From the NCBI GenBank assembly GCA_049517435.1, contig JBEKRZ010000009.1, positions 29,925 through 93,924 of the forward strand: a stretch of DNA of 64,000 nt, in the 5' to 3' direction. Position 1 is the first letter of the stretch, and each line of letters begins with the position of its first letter. A program made the translations under genes and the position numbers. The notes beneath the pieces were generated by a model, which saw only the letters and a program-made list of their open reading frames with translations, was not told the DNA's origin and ran no database searches. This document shows, piece after piece, positions 18,571-27,870 of the stretch. This DNA comes from Smithella sp. Its GTDB lineage: Bacteria > Desulfobacterota > Syntrophia > Syntrophales > Smithellaceae.

Positions 18571-18612
18571 AGCTTCCGGTAGCAATGTAATAATTCACCG
18601 CTACCGGAAGCT
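18571..18612 (+). promoter_or_regulatory. strong intercistronic hairpin between etfA and the Fe-S oxidoreductase gene
   Basis: A perfect 13-bp stem AGCTTCCGGTAGC / GCTACCGGAAGCT encloses a 16-nt loop. No T-run follows, so this is not a classical terminator. Confidence 0.5.
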
Positions 18613-18733
18613 GAATATAAACAAATTAACATTCAAGCATCTGCGTAAAAAATTTTATATTCAAGTCAATAAAGACTTGAGGGAAAAATTAATTTAAAAG
18701 TATATCAAAAACCCTCAATATTTCGGAGGATAA

Positions 18734-20884
18734 ATGGAACATACAAGCCCAATAGGAATAGGAAATGAAGGTCGTGAAGTTTTCTGGAACGCTCAAGGGT
18801 TTGAGCCGTTTCTTTTTCTTTTTACGGCCATAGCAATGGCAATATTCGCTTACGGTGTTTACCGCCGCTGGCAGTTATGGAAAGCGATGGGCAAAGAAGA
18901 AATCCGCTGGGATCAGCTTCCCCTGAGACTGAAATCTTTGTTCGTTAACGGTTTCCTTCAGCTTAAAACATGGAGAGACGTTTATCCGGGAATTATGCAC
19001 GGCCTTATCTTTTTTGGTTTTTTTGTTTTGATTTTCGGAGCCGCTTTCGATGCCGGTGAATTCCACATTACGGAACCTTTGTTTGGTTGGTCGTTTTTAC
19101 GCGGCAAATTTTACATATGGTTTTCCTTTTTGATGGATTTATTCGGCCTGCTGGTGTTCATCGGAGTGCTAATGGCAATTGTACGCAGATACATTATCAA
19201 ACCGGATCGTCTCGGTTATAAGGGTAAACCCGATAATACCGCCGATGACGCCATCGCTCTTTTACTGATTGCCGGCATCATCATCACCGGATTTTTAATT
19301 GAATCTTTACGTATCTACGTTACCAATCCTCCATGGGAAACCTGTTCGTTTGTCGGTTGGGCTCTTGCTCAAACTTATATCGGCGGACTGAATCTTGAAA
19401 CCGCAAGGATGTTGCACAAGATAACCTGGTGGACGCATACCTTTCTAGCTCTTGGTTTTATCGCTTACATTCCGTATTCAAGGCTTCTGCACATAATTAC
19501 TACGCCGGCCAATCATTTCCTTATGTCTCTGAAACCGACCGGATACATTGAGCCGATTCGTGATTTTGAAACGGCGGAATCCTTTGGTGTATCCAAACTG
19601 GAAGAGTTTACCTGGAAACAGATTTTTGATTCCGACGCCTGCACGAAATGCGGACGCTGTCAGGATGGATGCCCGGCTTATCTTTCCGGCAAACATCTAT
19701 CTCCCAAAAAGTTGGTTCAGGATCTTAAGACATATTGGTTGGAAAAAGCACCGCTTGCGGCTACTAAAGCCGTTATTCCCGCCGCGGAAGGCGCGGAAGC
19801 ACCAGTTCCTGCTGCTGAGGCTGCGGAAGGCGCAGCTCCGGAGAAAGCAATGGTTGGAGAAGTTATAAGCCTGCATGAACTGTGGGATTGCACCAATTGT
19901 ATGTACTGTATGGAAAACTGCTCCTCTTCCATTGAACATGTGCCAAAGATCATCGATATGCGCCGCTATAAAGTTCTGACCGAGGCGGATTTCGCTCCGG
20001 AACTACAACTGACTTACCGCAACATGGAGAATAATTCCAATCCGTGGGGTATCGGAGCTCATATGCGCGCCGACTGGGCCAAGGAAGTTGGCGTGAAAAC
20101 TCTGGCGGAGGATCCCAACGTTGAATATCTTTTCTATGTCGGTTGTTCAGGATCTTTTGATGACCGCGGCAAGAAAATCTCCGTCGCCTTTGCCAGAATT
20201 CTGCAAGCGGCAGGTGTCAGCTTCGGCATCCTGGGAACTGAAGAAGGCTGTTGCGGCGATTCGGCTATGCGCGGCGGTAATGAATACCTCTTCCAGTCGC
20301 AGGCTCAAGCCAATATCGAGATAATGAACGGCTACGGCGTAAAGAAAATCATCGCCATCTGCCCGCACGGTTATAACTGTATTAAGAAAGATTACCCCAA
20401 CTTCGGCGGCAATTATGAAGTTTACCATCATACGGAAATTATCGCCGACTTAATCGCCAAAGGTAAGATTAACCTTACCAAGTCACTGGATGGGACATTC
20501 ACTTATCATGATTCCTGTTTCCTCGGCCGTTATAACCAAGTTTATGCTCAGCCGCGCAGTATTTTAAACGCTATTCCCGGGATGAAACTCGCGGAAATGG
20601 AAAGAAATCTGTCCAAGAGTTTCTGCTGCGGCGCCGGCGGAGCCAGAATGTGGATGGAAGAAGATGTCGGTGATCGCATCAATAACATGCGTACCGACCA
20701 GGCTATAGCAACGAATGCCAGCACGGTGGCTGTCGGCTGTCCGTTCTGCCTGACCATGATTTCGGACGGAATCAAAGACAGACAGCAAACGGAAAAAATG
20801 GTCGCTTTGGATATTGCTGAAATCGTTGTTAAAGCAATGGGAATTGAAGAAATCAAAGCTCCCGTTGATACTTGCGCAACCTAA
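18734..20884 (+). CDS. membrane-bound Fe-S oxidoreductase (multi-TM N-terminal domain, 2x[4Fe-4S] ferredoxin motifs and two HdrD/GlpC-type CCG domains), the ETF:(methyl)menaquinone oxidoreductase type
   Basis: The N-terminal ~270 aa are hydrophobic helices. CTKCGRCQDGCP and CTNCMYCMENCS are present. The CCG motifs are EGCCGDS and SFCCGAGGA. The gene lies directly downstream of etfBA. Confidence 0.85.
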   Translation: MEHTSPIGIGNEGREVFWNAQGFEPFLFLFTAIAMAIFAYGVYRRWQLWKAMGKEEIRWDQLPLRLKSLFVNGFLQLKTWRDVYPGIMHGLIFFGFFVLIFGAAFDAGEFHITEPLFGWSFLRGKFYIWFSFLMDLFGLLVFIGVLMAIVRRYIIKPDRLGYKGKPDNTADDAIALLLIAGIIITGFLIESLRIYVTNPPWETCSFVGWALAQTYIGGLNLETARMLHKITWWTHTFLALGFIAYIPYSRLLHIITTPANHFLMSLKPTGYIEPIRDFETAESFGVSKLEEFTWKQIFDSDACTKCGRCQDGCPAYLSGKHLSPKKLVQDLKTYWLEKAPLAATKAVIPAAEGAEAPVPAAEAAEGAAPEKAMVGEVISLHELWDCTNCMYCMENCSSSIEHVPKIIDMRRYKVLTEADFAPELQLTYRNMENNSNPWGIGAHMRADWAKEVGVKTLAEDPNVEYLFYVGCSGSFDDRGKKISVAFARILQAAGVSFGILGTEEGCCGDSAMRGGNEYLFQSQAQANIEIMNGYGVKKIIAICPHGYNCIKKDYPNFGGNYEVYHHTEIIADLIAKGKINLTKSLDGTFTYHDSCFLGRYNQVYAQPRSILNAIPGMKLAEMERNLSKSFCCGAGGARMWMEEDVGDRINNMRTDQAIATNASTVAVGCPFCLTMISDGIKDRQQTEKMVALDIAEIVVKAMGIEEIKAPVDTCAT

Positions 20885-20913
20885 GTAATTATTTCCAATA
20901 GATTAATAAAAAA

Positions 20914-20946
20914 AGCCCGATCTGAATGAAGATTGGGCTTTTTTTG
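20914..20946 (+). terminator. rho-independent terminator
   Basis: AGCCCGATC / GATTGGGCT forms a stem with one G-U pair, followed by TTTTTTT. Confidence 0.8.
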
Positions 20947-20957
20947 TAAAAAATCAC

Positions 20958-21240
20958 GGATATTCAACCCCGTTTATGCGGGATAATTATCCAATAGCCT
21001 TTGGCAGGATATCCCTATGTGCTACGCACAAGGGATAGTTCGTCCAACAAATTTCAGTGCGCTGCGCTTCTGAAACTTGGGACTCACTAATTCGACTAAC
21101 GCTTCGAGCCTATAGTGACCTTTAGGTTATTCCCTTTGTTAGTTTTACCACGGCGCTACGCGCCTGGCATAATTCGTCCAGCAAGCTTCAGTTTACTTCG
21201 TTTCTGAAGCTTGGGACTCATTTTCAGCGAGTCTCATTAA
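20958..21240. repeat. mosaic hairpin-repeat block (copy R5), mostly inverted relative to 9755-10005
   Basis: Segment 21036-21088 is about 90% identical to the reverse complement of 9838-9893. It contains CAAGCTTCAG(21182-21191)/CTGAAGCTTG(21204-21213) and ends GAGTCTCATTAA, the reverse complement of TTAATGAGACTC. Confidence 0.85.
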
Positions 21241-21315
21241 AAATTTGTTTTAATTTTTCTCGCAACAGAGTATAAGGCTTTTTATAAGAAAATAAGAAAG
21301 GGAGGGTAGTAAATA

Positions 21316-23004
21316 ATGGCAGCAAATATCAGTTATGAAAGTAAGCCCTGGTTGAAATCCTACGAAAAAGGTGTTCCTGAAAGCATCAAGTACGAAGAAC
21401 TCACCATGCCGGACTATCTTGAAAAATCGGCAAAAGACTTTCCCGATGAAACAGCGATGGTGTTTGTCGGCTATAAGCTGACATACCGCCAGTTCAAGGA
21501 TCAGGTGGATCGATTCGCCACCTGCCTCACGGAATTCGGCATCAAGAAAGGGGATGCGGTATCGATTCTCTTGCCCAATAGTATTCCCTGCGTTGTTGCC
21601 TACTATTCTATTCTAAAGATAGGCGCCATCGTTGTCATGAATAATCCCCTCTATTCGGATCCGGAGTTGGAACATCAGTTCAAGGATTCTGATTCCAAAG
21701 TCCTCATTACTCTTGATGCCCTCGGCAATCGCATGATCGATTTGCGGCCCAAGACGAAGATCAAGCAGATCGTTTACATGGGCATCGGTGACTTCCTGAA
21801 TCCGATTAAAAGGTTTCTCGGGAAGAAGTTAAAAAAATTCCCCTTCGCTGATGTGAAGGCCACCCCGGACGTCTATCGTTGGATGGATTGCATTGCAAAG
21901 TACCAGCCCAACCCGCCGAAAGTAAAACTCACTTTCGACGATATTGCCATGTACCAGTATACAGGTGGAACCACAGGCGTCTCCAAGGGGGTTATCCTGA
22001 CCCATGGGAATCTCAGCAAGCAGGTCCAGCAAATTTCCGCCTGGTTTCCAACGTTCGGCAGGGGAAAAGAAACCATGCTGGGCGCCCTGCCATATTTTCA
22101 TGTATTCGGACTTTCCTGTTCGATGAACCTGACCGTGTATAATGGGTGGAATCAGATTCTGGTTCCCAAACCGCAGCCGGAGCCTCTGCTGGAGGTGATT
22201 CGGGAATACAAACCGACCTTCACGCCGTTGGTCCCGACTATGTACATAGGCATGATGAACCATCCCGATCTGAAGAAAACGGACATGAGTTGTATAAAGG
22301 GAGCTTTTTCCGGGAGTGCGCCACTACCCGTCGAAGTCATTCATGAATTCCAAAAACTCACTGGGACCTTCATCTCCGAAGGTTTCGGCATGACGGAAAC
22401 ATGTCCCGTGACACACACCAATCCATTCAACGGAAAGCAGAAGGTTGGCAGTGTTGGCCTTCCCATATCCGATACCCTGTCCCGGATAGTCGATCTTGAT
22501 GATGGTGTGACGGACATACCCATCGGTAAACCCGGTGAGCTGATCGTCAAGGGACCTCAGGTGATGAAGGGCTACAAAGGGATGGCCGATGAAACAGCCA
22601 ACGTCCTGAAGGATGGCTGGATGTATACGGGAGACATCGCCACAATGGATGAAGACGGCTATTTCTTTATCGTCGACAGGAAGAAGGACATGATCATCTC
22701 TGGCGGCTTCAACGTCTATCCCCGTGATATCGACGAGGTCTATTATGGCAATCCCAAAGTTGAAGAGTGTTGCTCCATCGGTATTCCCGATGCGAAACGC
22801 GGAGAGAATGTGAAACTATTTGTCGTCCTCAAGGAAGGCCAGATGGCTACGGCGCAGGAAATGATTGAATATGGCAAGGCTCATCTGGCTGCCTATAAGT
22901 TGCCTTCAGAAGTTGAATTCCGCAAGGAACTGCCCAAGACCACCGTGGGTAAAATATTGCGCAAGGAATTGCGGGCAGAGGAATTAAAGAAAAGAAAAGG
23001 TTAA
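21316..23004 (+). CDS. fadD: long-chain-fatty-acid--CoA ligase
   Basis: This 562-aa ORF has YTGGTTGVSKG, GYGMTE-like FGMTET, YTGDIATMDEDGYFFIVDRKKD and the C-terminal KTTVGKILRKEL. Confidence 0.85.
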   Translation: MAANISYESKPWLKSYEKGVPESIKYEELTMPDYLEKSAKDFPDETAMVFVGYKLTYRQFKDQVDRFATCLTEFGIKKGDAVSILLPNSIPCVVAYYSILKIGAIVVMNNPLYSDPELEHQFKDSDSKVLITLDALGNRMIDLRPKTKIKQIVYMGIGDFLNPIKRFLGKKLKKFPFADVKATPDVYRWMDCIAKYQPNPPKVKLTFDDIAMYQYTGGTTGVSKGVILTHGNLSKQVQQISAWFPTFGRGKETMLGALPYFHVFGLSCSMNLTVYNGWNQILVPKPQPEPLLEVIREYKPTFTPLVPTMYIGMMNHPDLKKTDMSCIKGAFSGSAPLPVEVIHEFQKLTGTFISEGFGMTETCPVTHTNPFNGKQKVGSVGLPISDTLSRIVDLDDGVTDIPIGKPGELIVKGPQVMKGYKGMADETANVLKDGWMYTGDIATMDEDGYFFIVDRKKDMIISGGFNVYPRDIDEVYYGNPKVEECCSIGIPDAKRGENVKLFVVLKEGQMATAQEMIEYGKAHLAAYKLPSEVEFRKELPKTTVGKILRKELRAEELKKRKG

Positions 23005-23015
23005 TAAAACGGGAG

Positions 23016-23050
23016 TACGGAGAAGTTAAGTATCGCTTCTCCGTATTTTT
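23016..23050 (+). terminator. rho-independent terminator or attenuator between fadD and the crotonase gene
   Basis: TACGGAGAAG / CTTCTCCGTA forms a 10-bp stem followed by TTTTT. The next gene starts 19 nt later. Confidence 0.7.
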
Positions 23051-23068
23051 ATAAGAAAGAAAGGGATA

Positions 23069-23851
23069 ATGGAATACAAAAACATTCTTTTTAACGTTGA
23101 AGAAGAAATAGCGACCATAACGTTTAACAGACCTAAAGTTTTAAACGCCATGAATTTCGAAGTGCTGACGGAAATTCTCGACGCGGTTACAATCTGCGAA
23201 AAAAGCGATAACATTAAAGTACTTATTTTAACCGGAGCTGGAGACAAGGCTTTTGTAGCCGGAGCGGATATTTCCCGGATGCAAAATTCCACATCAGTGG
23301 AAATTATCCCATTAATGGAACTGGGTCATCGCACTTTAAGGCTGATCGAAACCATGCCGAAACCTTCTATCGCCGCTGTCAACGGCTTTGCACTGGGCGG
23401 CGGAACGGAAATCGCGCTGGCGTGCGATATCAGATTCGCGTCAGAGAAAGCAATTTTCGGGCAACCGGAGATTTTAATAGGTCTTATTCCCGGCTGGGGC
23501 GGCACCCAGCGTTTGCCGCGTTTGGTGGGAATGGGCGTAGCCAAAGAAATGATTTTAAGCGGCGTTCAGGTTAATGCTCAGAGGGCTTATGAGATTGGTC
23601 TGGTCAATAAGGTATTTGCGCCGGATAATCTTCTGGAAGAGACCAGAAAATTCGCCCGGAAACTGACAAAGCTTCCGTCATTCGCCCTGAAGATGGCCAA
23701 GGACGCAATCAATTACGGATTTGATCTACCGCTGGACAACGCCAACAAGCTGGAAGTAAGCTGTGTTGTGCAGTGTTTCAGCACTCAGGATCAAAAAGAA
23801 GGTATGAAGGCGTTTCTGGAAAAAAGAAAACCGACATTCACAGGAAAATAA
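23069..23851 (+). CDS. enoyl-CoA hydratase (crotonase family)
   Basis: This 260-aa ORF has ITFNRPKVLNA, GAGDKAFVAGADI and ALGGGTEIALACDIR. Confidence 0.9.
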   Translation: MEYKNILFNVEEEIATITFNRPKVLNAMNFEVLTEILDAVTICEKSDNIKVLILTGAGDKAFVAGADISRMQNSTSVEIIPLMELGHRTLRLIETMPKPSIAAVNGFALGGGTEIALACDIRFASEKAIFGQPEILIGLIPGWGGTQRLPRLVGMGVAKEMILSGVQVNAQRAYEIGLVNKVFAPDNLLEETRKFARKLTKLPSFALKMAKDAINYGFDLPLDNANKLEVSCVVQCFSTQDQKEGMKAFLEKRKPTFTGK

Positions 23852-23858
23852 ACGTTCA

Positions 23859-23903
23859 ATGTTCTACGTTCAAAGAAATTGTTCCAAACATAACGTAGAA
23901 CAT
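23859..23903. promoter_or_regulatory. 12-bp perfect inverted repeat (terminator-like or operator-like) downstream of the crotonase gene
   Basis: ATGTTCTACGTT (23859-23870) and AACGTAGAACAT (23892-23903) are separated by 21 nt. They are embedded in further GTTC/GAAC words, and TTTTT follows at 23922-23926. Confidence 0.5.
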
Positions 23904-24073
23904 AGAAGGTAGAACGTGGAACTTTTTAAATCCATTGTGTGTCCTGAACTATTCTTGACTTGACAGATAGTGTACAATCGAGATGTGCCTTGACAATTGT
24001 TTCTTTCACCTCATTAGTTTCAGTTATGGGCAGTTGTCAGAATTGAGGATTACCATTTGAACTATTCTTGACG

Positions 24074-25828
24074 TTATGATTCAGGACAAATCCTGTCTCT
24101 ACCGTTCTTCTTCGCCTGGTACATGAGTTGGTCTACTCGGTGAACAAACGCCTTCATCTCTTCCTTCGGCTTGTACTGCGCCAGACCGATGCTTACTGTC
24201 ACATAGACCTCTTGACCCAATGCCAGGGAAAAATTCTCTTTCCTTAATTCCGTTTGGATTCTTTTAGCGGTTACAATTCCCTCCTCGCTTGAGGTCGTAG
24301 GCAGCATGATCGTAAATTCCTCGCCACCGTAACGATAGGCGGAATCGATCTCGCGCAGGCTTCGTTTTATTACATGACCAAGTCGCAATAACACATAATC
24401 CCCCTGAACATGGCCGTATTTGTCGTTAAAATTTTTAAACTTGTCGAGATCCAACAGCAAAAGGGTCAAAGGCTGTCCATAGCGGTTCGACCGCTCTATT
24501 TCTCTTTCCAACTGAGCGTAAAAATGCCGGGAATTGTAAAGCTGCGTGAGGTCGTCGATTATGCTCAGGTCACGGTATCTTTGTTCGCTTTCCCGCAAAG
24601 CCTCTTCCGCTCGCTTGCGCTCGGTGATGTCGCGGTAATTAATAATTATATATTCAACAACATTATTGTTTATCTGGTTGCTTCCCACAGCTTCGAGCGT
24701 ACGCCAACTTCCATCCTTATGACGAAGACGCAATTCACCCTTTATAACAGGGTAGTTTGTATCCTTGGACAAAATATTGAATACGTCAACTAAAGCCTTA
24801 ATGTCATCAGGATGAACAATCTCAAATCCATAGGCACCAATCCTTTCTTCAGGTTTGAATCCCAAAACACTCTCAATCGCTGGATTTACATAGGTGATAG
24901 CCCCTTCCAGATTAACGAGAACAATCATATCTGAAGAGTGCTCTACGAAAGCCCGGAAACGCTGTTCCTCGTCGCGTAATTTTTTCTCCGCTCGTTTGCG
25001 GTCGGTAATATCCCTACCTTCGCCTAGTATGGATAGAGGGTTTCCATTATCGTCACGGATGAAACTAAGTGTGGATTCAATCCATAAAGTCCGGCCATCT
25101 TTACATCGGCATTCAAGTTCCAGTAAAGTCTCTAAGTAAGGAACTGTTAAAATCGTCTCCATTCTTATTAAAAAAGTATCCATTACGATTTTATAAGATG
25201 TTGCCGTGAGGAGTTTATCCAACGGGAGTTGTTGCAGTTCCTTCAGTGTGTATCCCAGTAACTTCTCCCCAGAAGGGCTGATATATGTCCATTGTAAGTT
25301 TAGATCCATGAGCCACACGTAGTCTTTCATGTGGTATGCAAGCAGACGGTATTGGGTTTCTCTTTGTTTTAGCAAATCCTCCGCCTGCTTACGCTCGGTG
25401 ATGTCGTGTGCAATTCCTCTAAACCCTTTTGGTCTACCTGATGAATCTTTTAGTAGCGATATAGATCCTTCAATATATCTTTTAATTCCATTTTTTCTAA
25501 TAATCTGCTGGCCGAATTCCCTGTTGGGTTCCCCTGTTTTGTAAATTTTATTATACGCTTGAAAAACTTTTTTAAACTCCTCTTTTTCTGTGTACTGCCG
25601 GTTATTCATACCCATCAATTCTTCTCTGGGGTAACCAAGGACTCGGCAAAGGGTATCGTTGAAAAAGGTGAGGTTGCCAGCAAGATCAACTTCAAAATAA
25701 CCTTCTTCGATGTTTTCCAGAATAGTTTTATATCTTTCTTCGCTATGGCGCAGCGTTTCTTCCGCCTTCTTTCGTTTTTTGGCAGTATCCGATGACTTAA
25801 CTTTGTTTGTTTTTTCGTTTTTCTTCAT
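24074..25828 (-). CDS. PAS/PAC-repeat diguanylate cyclase (GGDEF)
   Basis: This 584-aa ORF has three PAS-like repeats, each followed by DITERK/DITDRK. The C-terminal GGDEF domain carries RYGGEEF. Confidence 0.9.
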   Translation of the reverse strand: MKKNEKTNKVKSSDTAKKRKKAEETLRHSEERYKTILENIEEGYFEVDLAGNLTFFNDTLCRVLGYPREELMGMNNRQYTEKEEFKKVFQAYNKIYKTGEPNREFGQQIIRKNGIKRYIEGSISLLKDSSGRPKGFRGIAHDITERKQAEDLLKQRETQYRLLAYHMKDYVWLMDLNLQWTYISPSGEKLLGYTLKELQQLPLDKLLTATSYKIVMDTFLIRMETILTVPYLETLLELECRCKDGRTLWIESTLSFIRDDNGNPLSILGEGRDITDRKRAEKKLRDEEQRFRAFVEHSSDMIVLVNLEGAITYVNPAIESVLGFKPEERIGAYGFEIVHPDDIKALVDVFNILSKDTNYPVIKGELRLRHKDGSWRTLEAVGSNQINNNVVEYIIINYRDITERKRAEEALRESEQRYRDLSIIDDLTQLYNSRHFYAQLEREIERSNRYGQPLTLLLLDLDKFKNFNDKYGHVQGDYVLLRLGHVIKRSLREIDSAYRYGGEEFTIMLPTTSSEEGIVTAKRIQTELRKENFSLALGQEVYVTVSIGLAQYKPKEEMKAFVHRVDQLMYQAKKNGRDRICPES

Positions 25829-26024
25829 TTTATAAAAATATATGAAGAATTATTTTGTGTCAAAGGAAATATTGACCACGAAATGGGGGCGTGGAATATA
25901 TTTATTACGGATTGAAGCCTTGCATACTCAACGAGGATGACGATCTGTTTCTTGCAGGAAGTTATCGATTATCTTTACACTCACTGTCAGGTCAAATTCT
26001 GTTTAGGGCACATTATGAAATTTA

Positions 26025-27668
26025 TTAATTCCCAGTGGACACTATTTCTATCAGTGACGGATCATACTCTTGTGGTTTCTCATACCCCAGAAGATTCAGG
26101 AGAGTCGCCGCCACATTGGACAGACCTTTTTTTTGAATATCCGCCATGTGATATTCTCCCTGATACAAGGGATCATAGATTATAAAGGGAACCGGATTCA
26201 GGGAATGCGCAGTCTTTACAGATTTTACGCCCTTTCTGTCTATAGTGAACATCTCATCCGCGTTGCCATGGTCCGCAGTGATAACGGCAATGCCTCCGAT
26301 CTCCTTTACGACAGCCAGCAGCGCTCCAACGCATTTATCCACTGTCTCCACCGCAATAATGGCTGCATCCATCATACCTGTATGCCCGACCATATCACCG
26401 TTCGGAAAATTGAGCCTTCCGAATCTGTAATCGCCGCTCTTCAGCAGGTCTATAACCGTATCTGTTATCTCTTTGGCTTTCATCCGAGGGGCGCGGTCAA
26501 ACTCAATCCTGTCGGAAGGTATCTCCACATATTTCTCCAGTGATTCATCGATATAACCGGAACGGTTGCCATTCCAGAAGTAAGTAACATGGCCGAATTT
26601 TTGGGTCTCAGATACGGCAAAGGTTTTTACCTTTTCAGCGCAAAGGTACTCGCTGATTACGCGATCGATAGCCGGAGGTTGCACAAGAAAATGGGGAGGT
26701 ATATGGGCATCTCCGTCATACTCCATCATTCCCGCATAAAATATATCCGGAAGAGGTCCCCTGTCGAATTCAGAGAATTTCTTCTCGGTAAATGCCCTTG
26801 ATATCTCAATGGCGCGGTCACCCCGGAAATTGAAAAAGATCACAGCATCCCCATCTTTGATCGTCCCATTGGGCATGCCCGAATCATCGGTGATAACAAA
26901 AGCGGGCAGATACTGATCCGTTGCCTTCGGATCTTCCTTGTAAAATGTTTTAACTGCATCAGAAGCGGATTGAAACTTCCTGCCTTTTCCCAGGACATGA
27001 GCCTCCCATCCCCTTTTAACGATATTCCAGTCTGCATTGTACCTATCCATTGTTACCTTCATGCGTCCGCCGCCTGAGGCTATGGCGTAATCAAGGCCTT
27101 TTTCCTCTGAGATCTTTTTCAGTTTTTCTTCTGTAGGAATAATATAATCAAGGGCCGTCCTCTCTCCCACATCCCTTCCGTCAAGAAGGGCATGGACCCT
27201 GACCCTCTTGAAATTCAGCTCGGCGCATTTGTCGATCATTATGAATAGCTGTTCAATATGTGAATGGACATTCCCGTCCGATAATAGCCCGATAAAATGG
27301 ACCGTCCCGCCCTTTTCAGTGCGCTTTACAATAGTGTCCCATACTGCGGACTGAAAGATCCTTCCCGTTTTGAGCGCCGTGTTTACAAGGCGGGCGCCCT
27401 GATCAAAGACCCTACCTGCCCCCATGGCATTGTGCCCTACCTCGCTGTTTCCCATATCATCATCTGATGGCAGTCCGACTGCTGTACCGTGGGCATTCAG
27501 TTGCGTGTATAGCTTCGATTTGAACAGTTGATCGAGGTTGGGTGTATCGGCTCTATAGACCGCATTCGTTTCATCTGCTTTGCCTATGCCTACGCCGTCC
27601 ATGATAATCAACAACAGGGGGCCTTTCCGGCCATGAAATGATTTTAATTTATTGAGACTTAATGACAT
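26025..27668 (-). CDS. gpmI: 2,3-bisphosphoglycerate-independent phosphoglycerate mutase
   Basis: This 547-aa ORF has LLIIMDGVG, MGNSEVGHNAMGAGR, LLSDGNVHSH and ITADHGNAD. Confidence 0.9.
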   Translation of the reverse strand: MSLSLNKLKSFHGRKGPLLLIIMDGVGIGKADETNAVYRADTPNLDQLFKSKLYTQLNAHGTAVGLPSDDDMGNSEVGHNAMGAGRVFDQGARLVNTALKTGRIFQSAVWDTIVKRTEKGGTVHFIGLLSDGNVHSHIEQLFIMIDKCAELNFKRVRVHALLDGRDVGERTALDYIIPTEEKLKKISEEKGLDYAIASGGGRMKVTMDRYNADWNIVKRGWEAHVLGKGRKFQSASDAVKTFYKEDPKATDQYLPAFVITDDSGMPNGTIKDGDAVIFFNFRGDRAIEISRAFTEKKFSEFDRGPLPDIFYAGMMEYDGDAHIPPHFLVQPPAIDRVISEYLCAEKVKTFAVSETQKFGHVTYFWNGNRSGYIDESLEKYVEIPSDRIEFDRAPRMKAKEITDTVIDLLKSGDYRFGRLNFPNGDMVGHTGMMDAAIIAVETVDKCVGALLAVVKEIGGIAVITADHGNADEMFTIDRKGVKSVKTAHSLNPVPFIIYDPLYQGEYHMADIQKKGLSNVAATLLNLLGYEKPQEYDPSLIEIVSTGN

Positions 27669-27748
27669 TGATATGCTCCTTGGTTATTTATACCAGCTGA
27701 AATTTTTCAGAGATTTCTTTATAGATAAAAGTTGATATCCAGTCAAGA

Positions 27749-27780
27749 AAAGAGATGTTGCGGTAAAGAGATGTCACGGT
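27749..27780. promoter_or_regulatory. tandem 16-nt direct repeat upstream of gpmI
   Basis: AAGAGATGTTGCGGTA (27749-27764) is followed immediately by AAGAGATGTCACGGTA (27765-27780), matching at 14 of 16 positions. The pair lies 81-112 nt upstream of the gpmI start. Confidence 0.4.
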
Positions 27781-27870
27781 AAAATAACCGCTGTCTCATA
27801 TAAAATTATTGGAAAATATGTTAATATAGCTTGAGATATAAATAAGATAAACTGTCATTTCAGCCACAAA

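Noticed and set aside
17877-18632. 251-aa and 131-aa ORFs antisense to etfA
   Set aside because: These are shadow ORFs opposite a confidently identified gene, and they carry no recognisable motifs.
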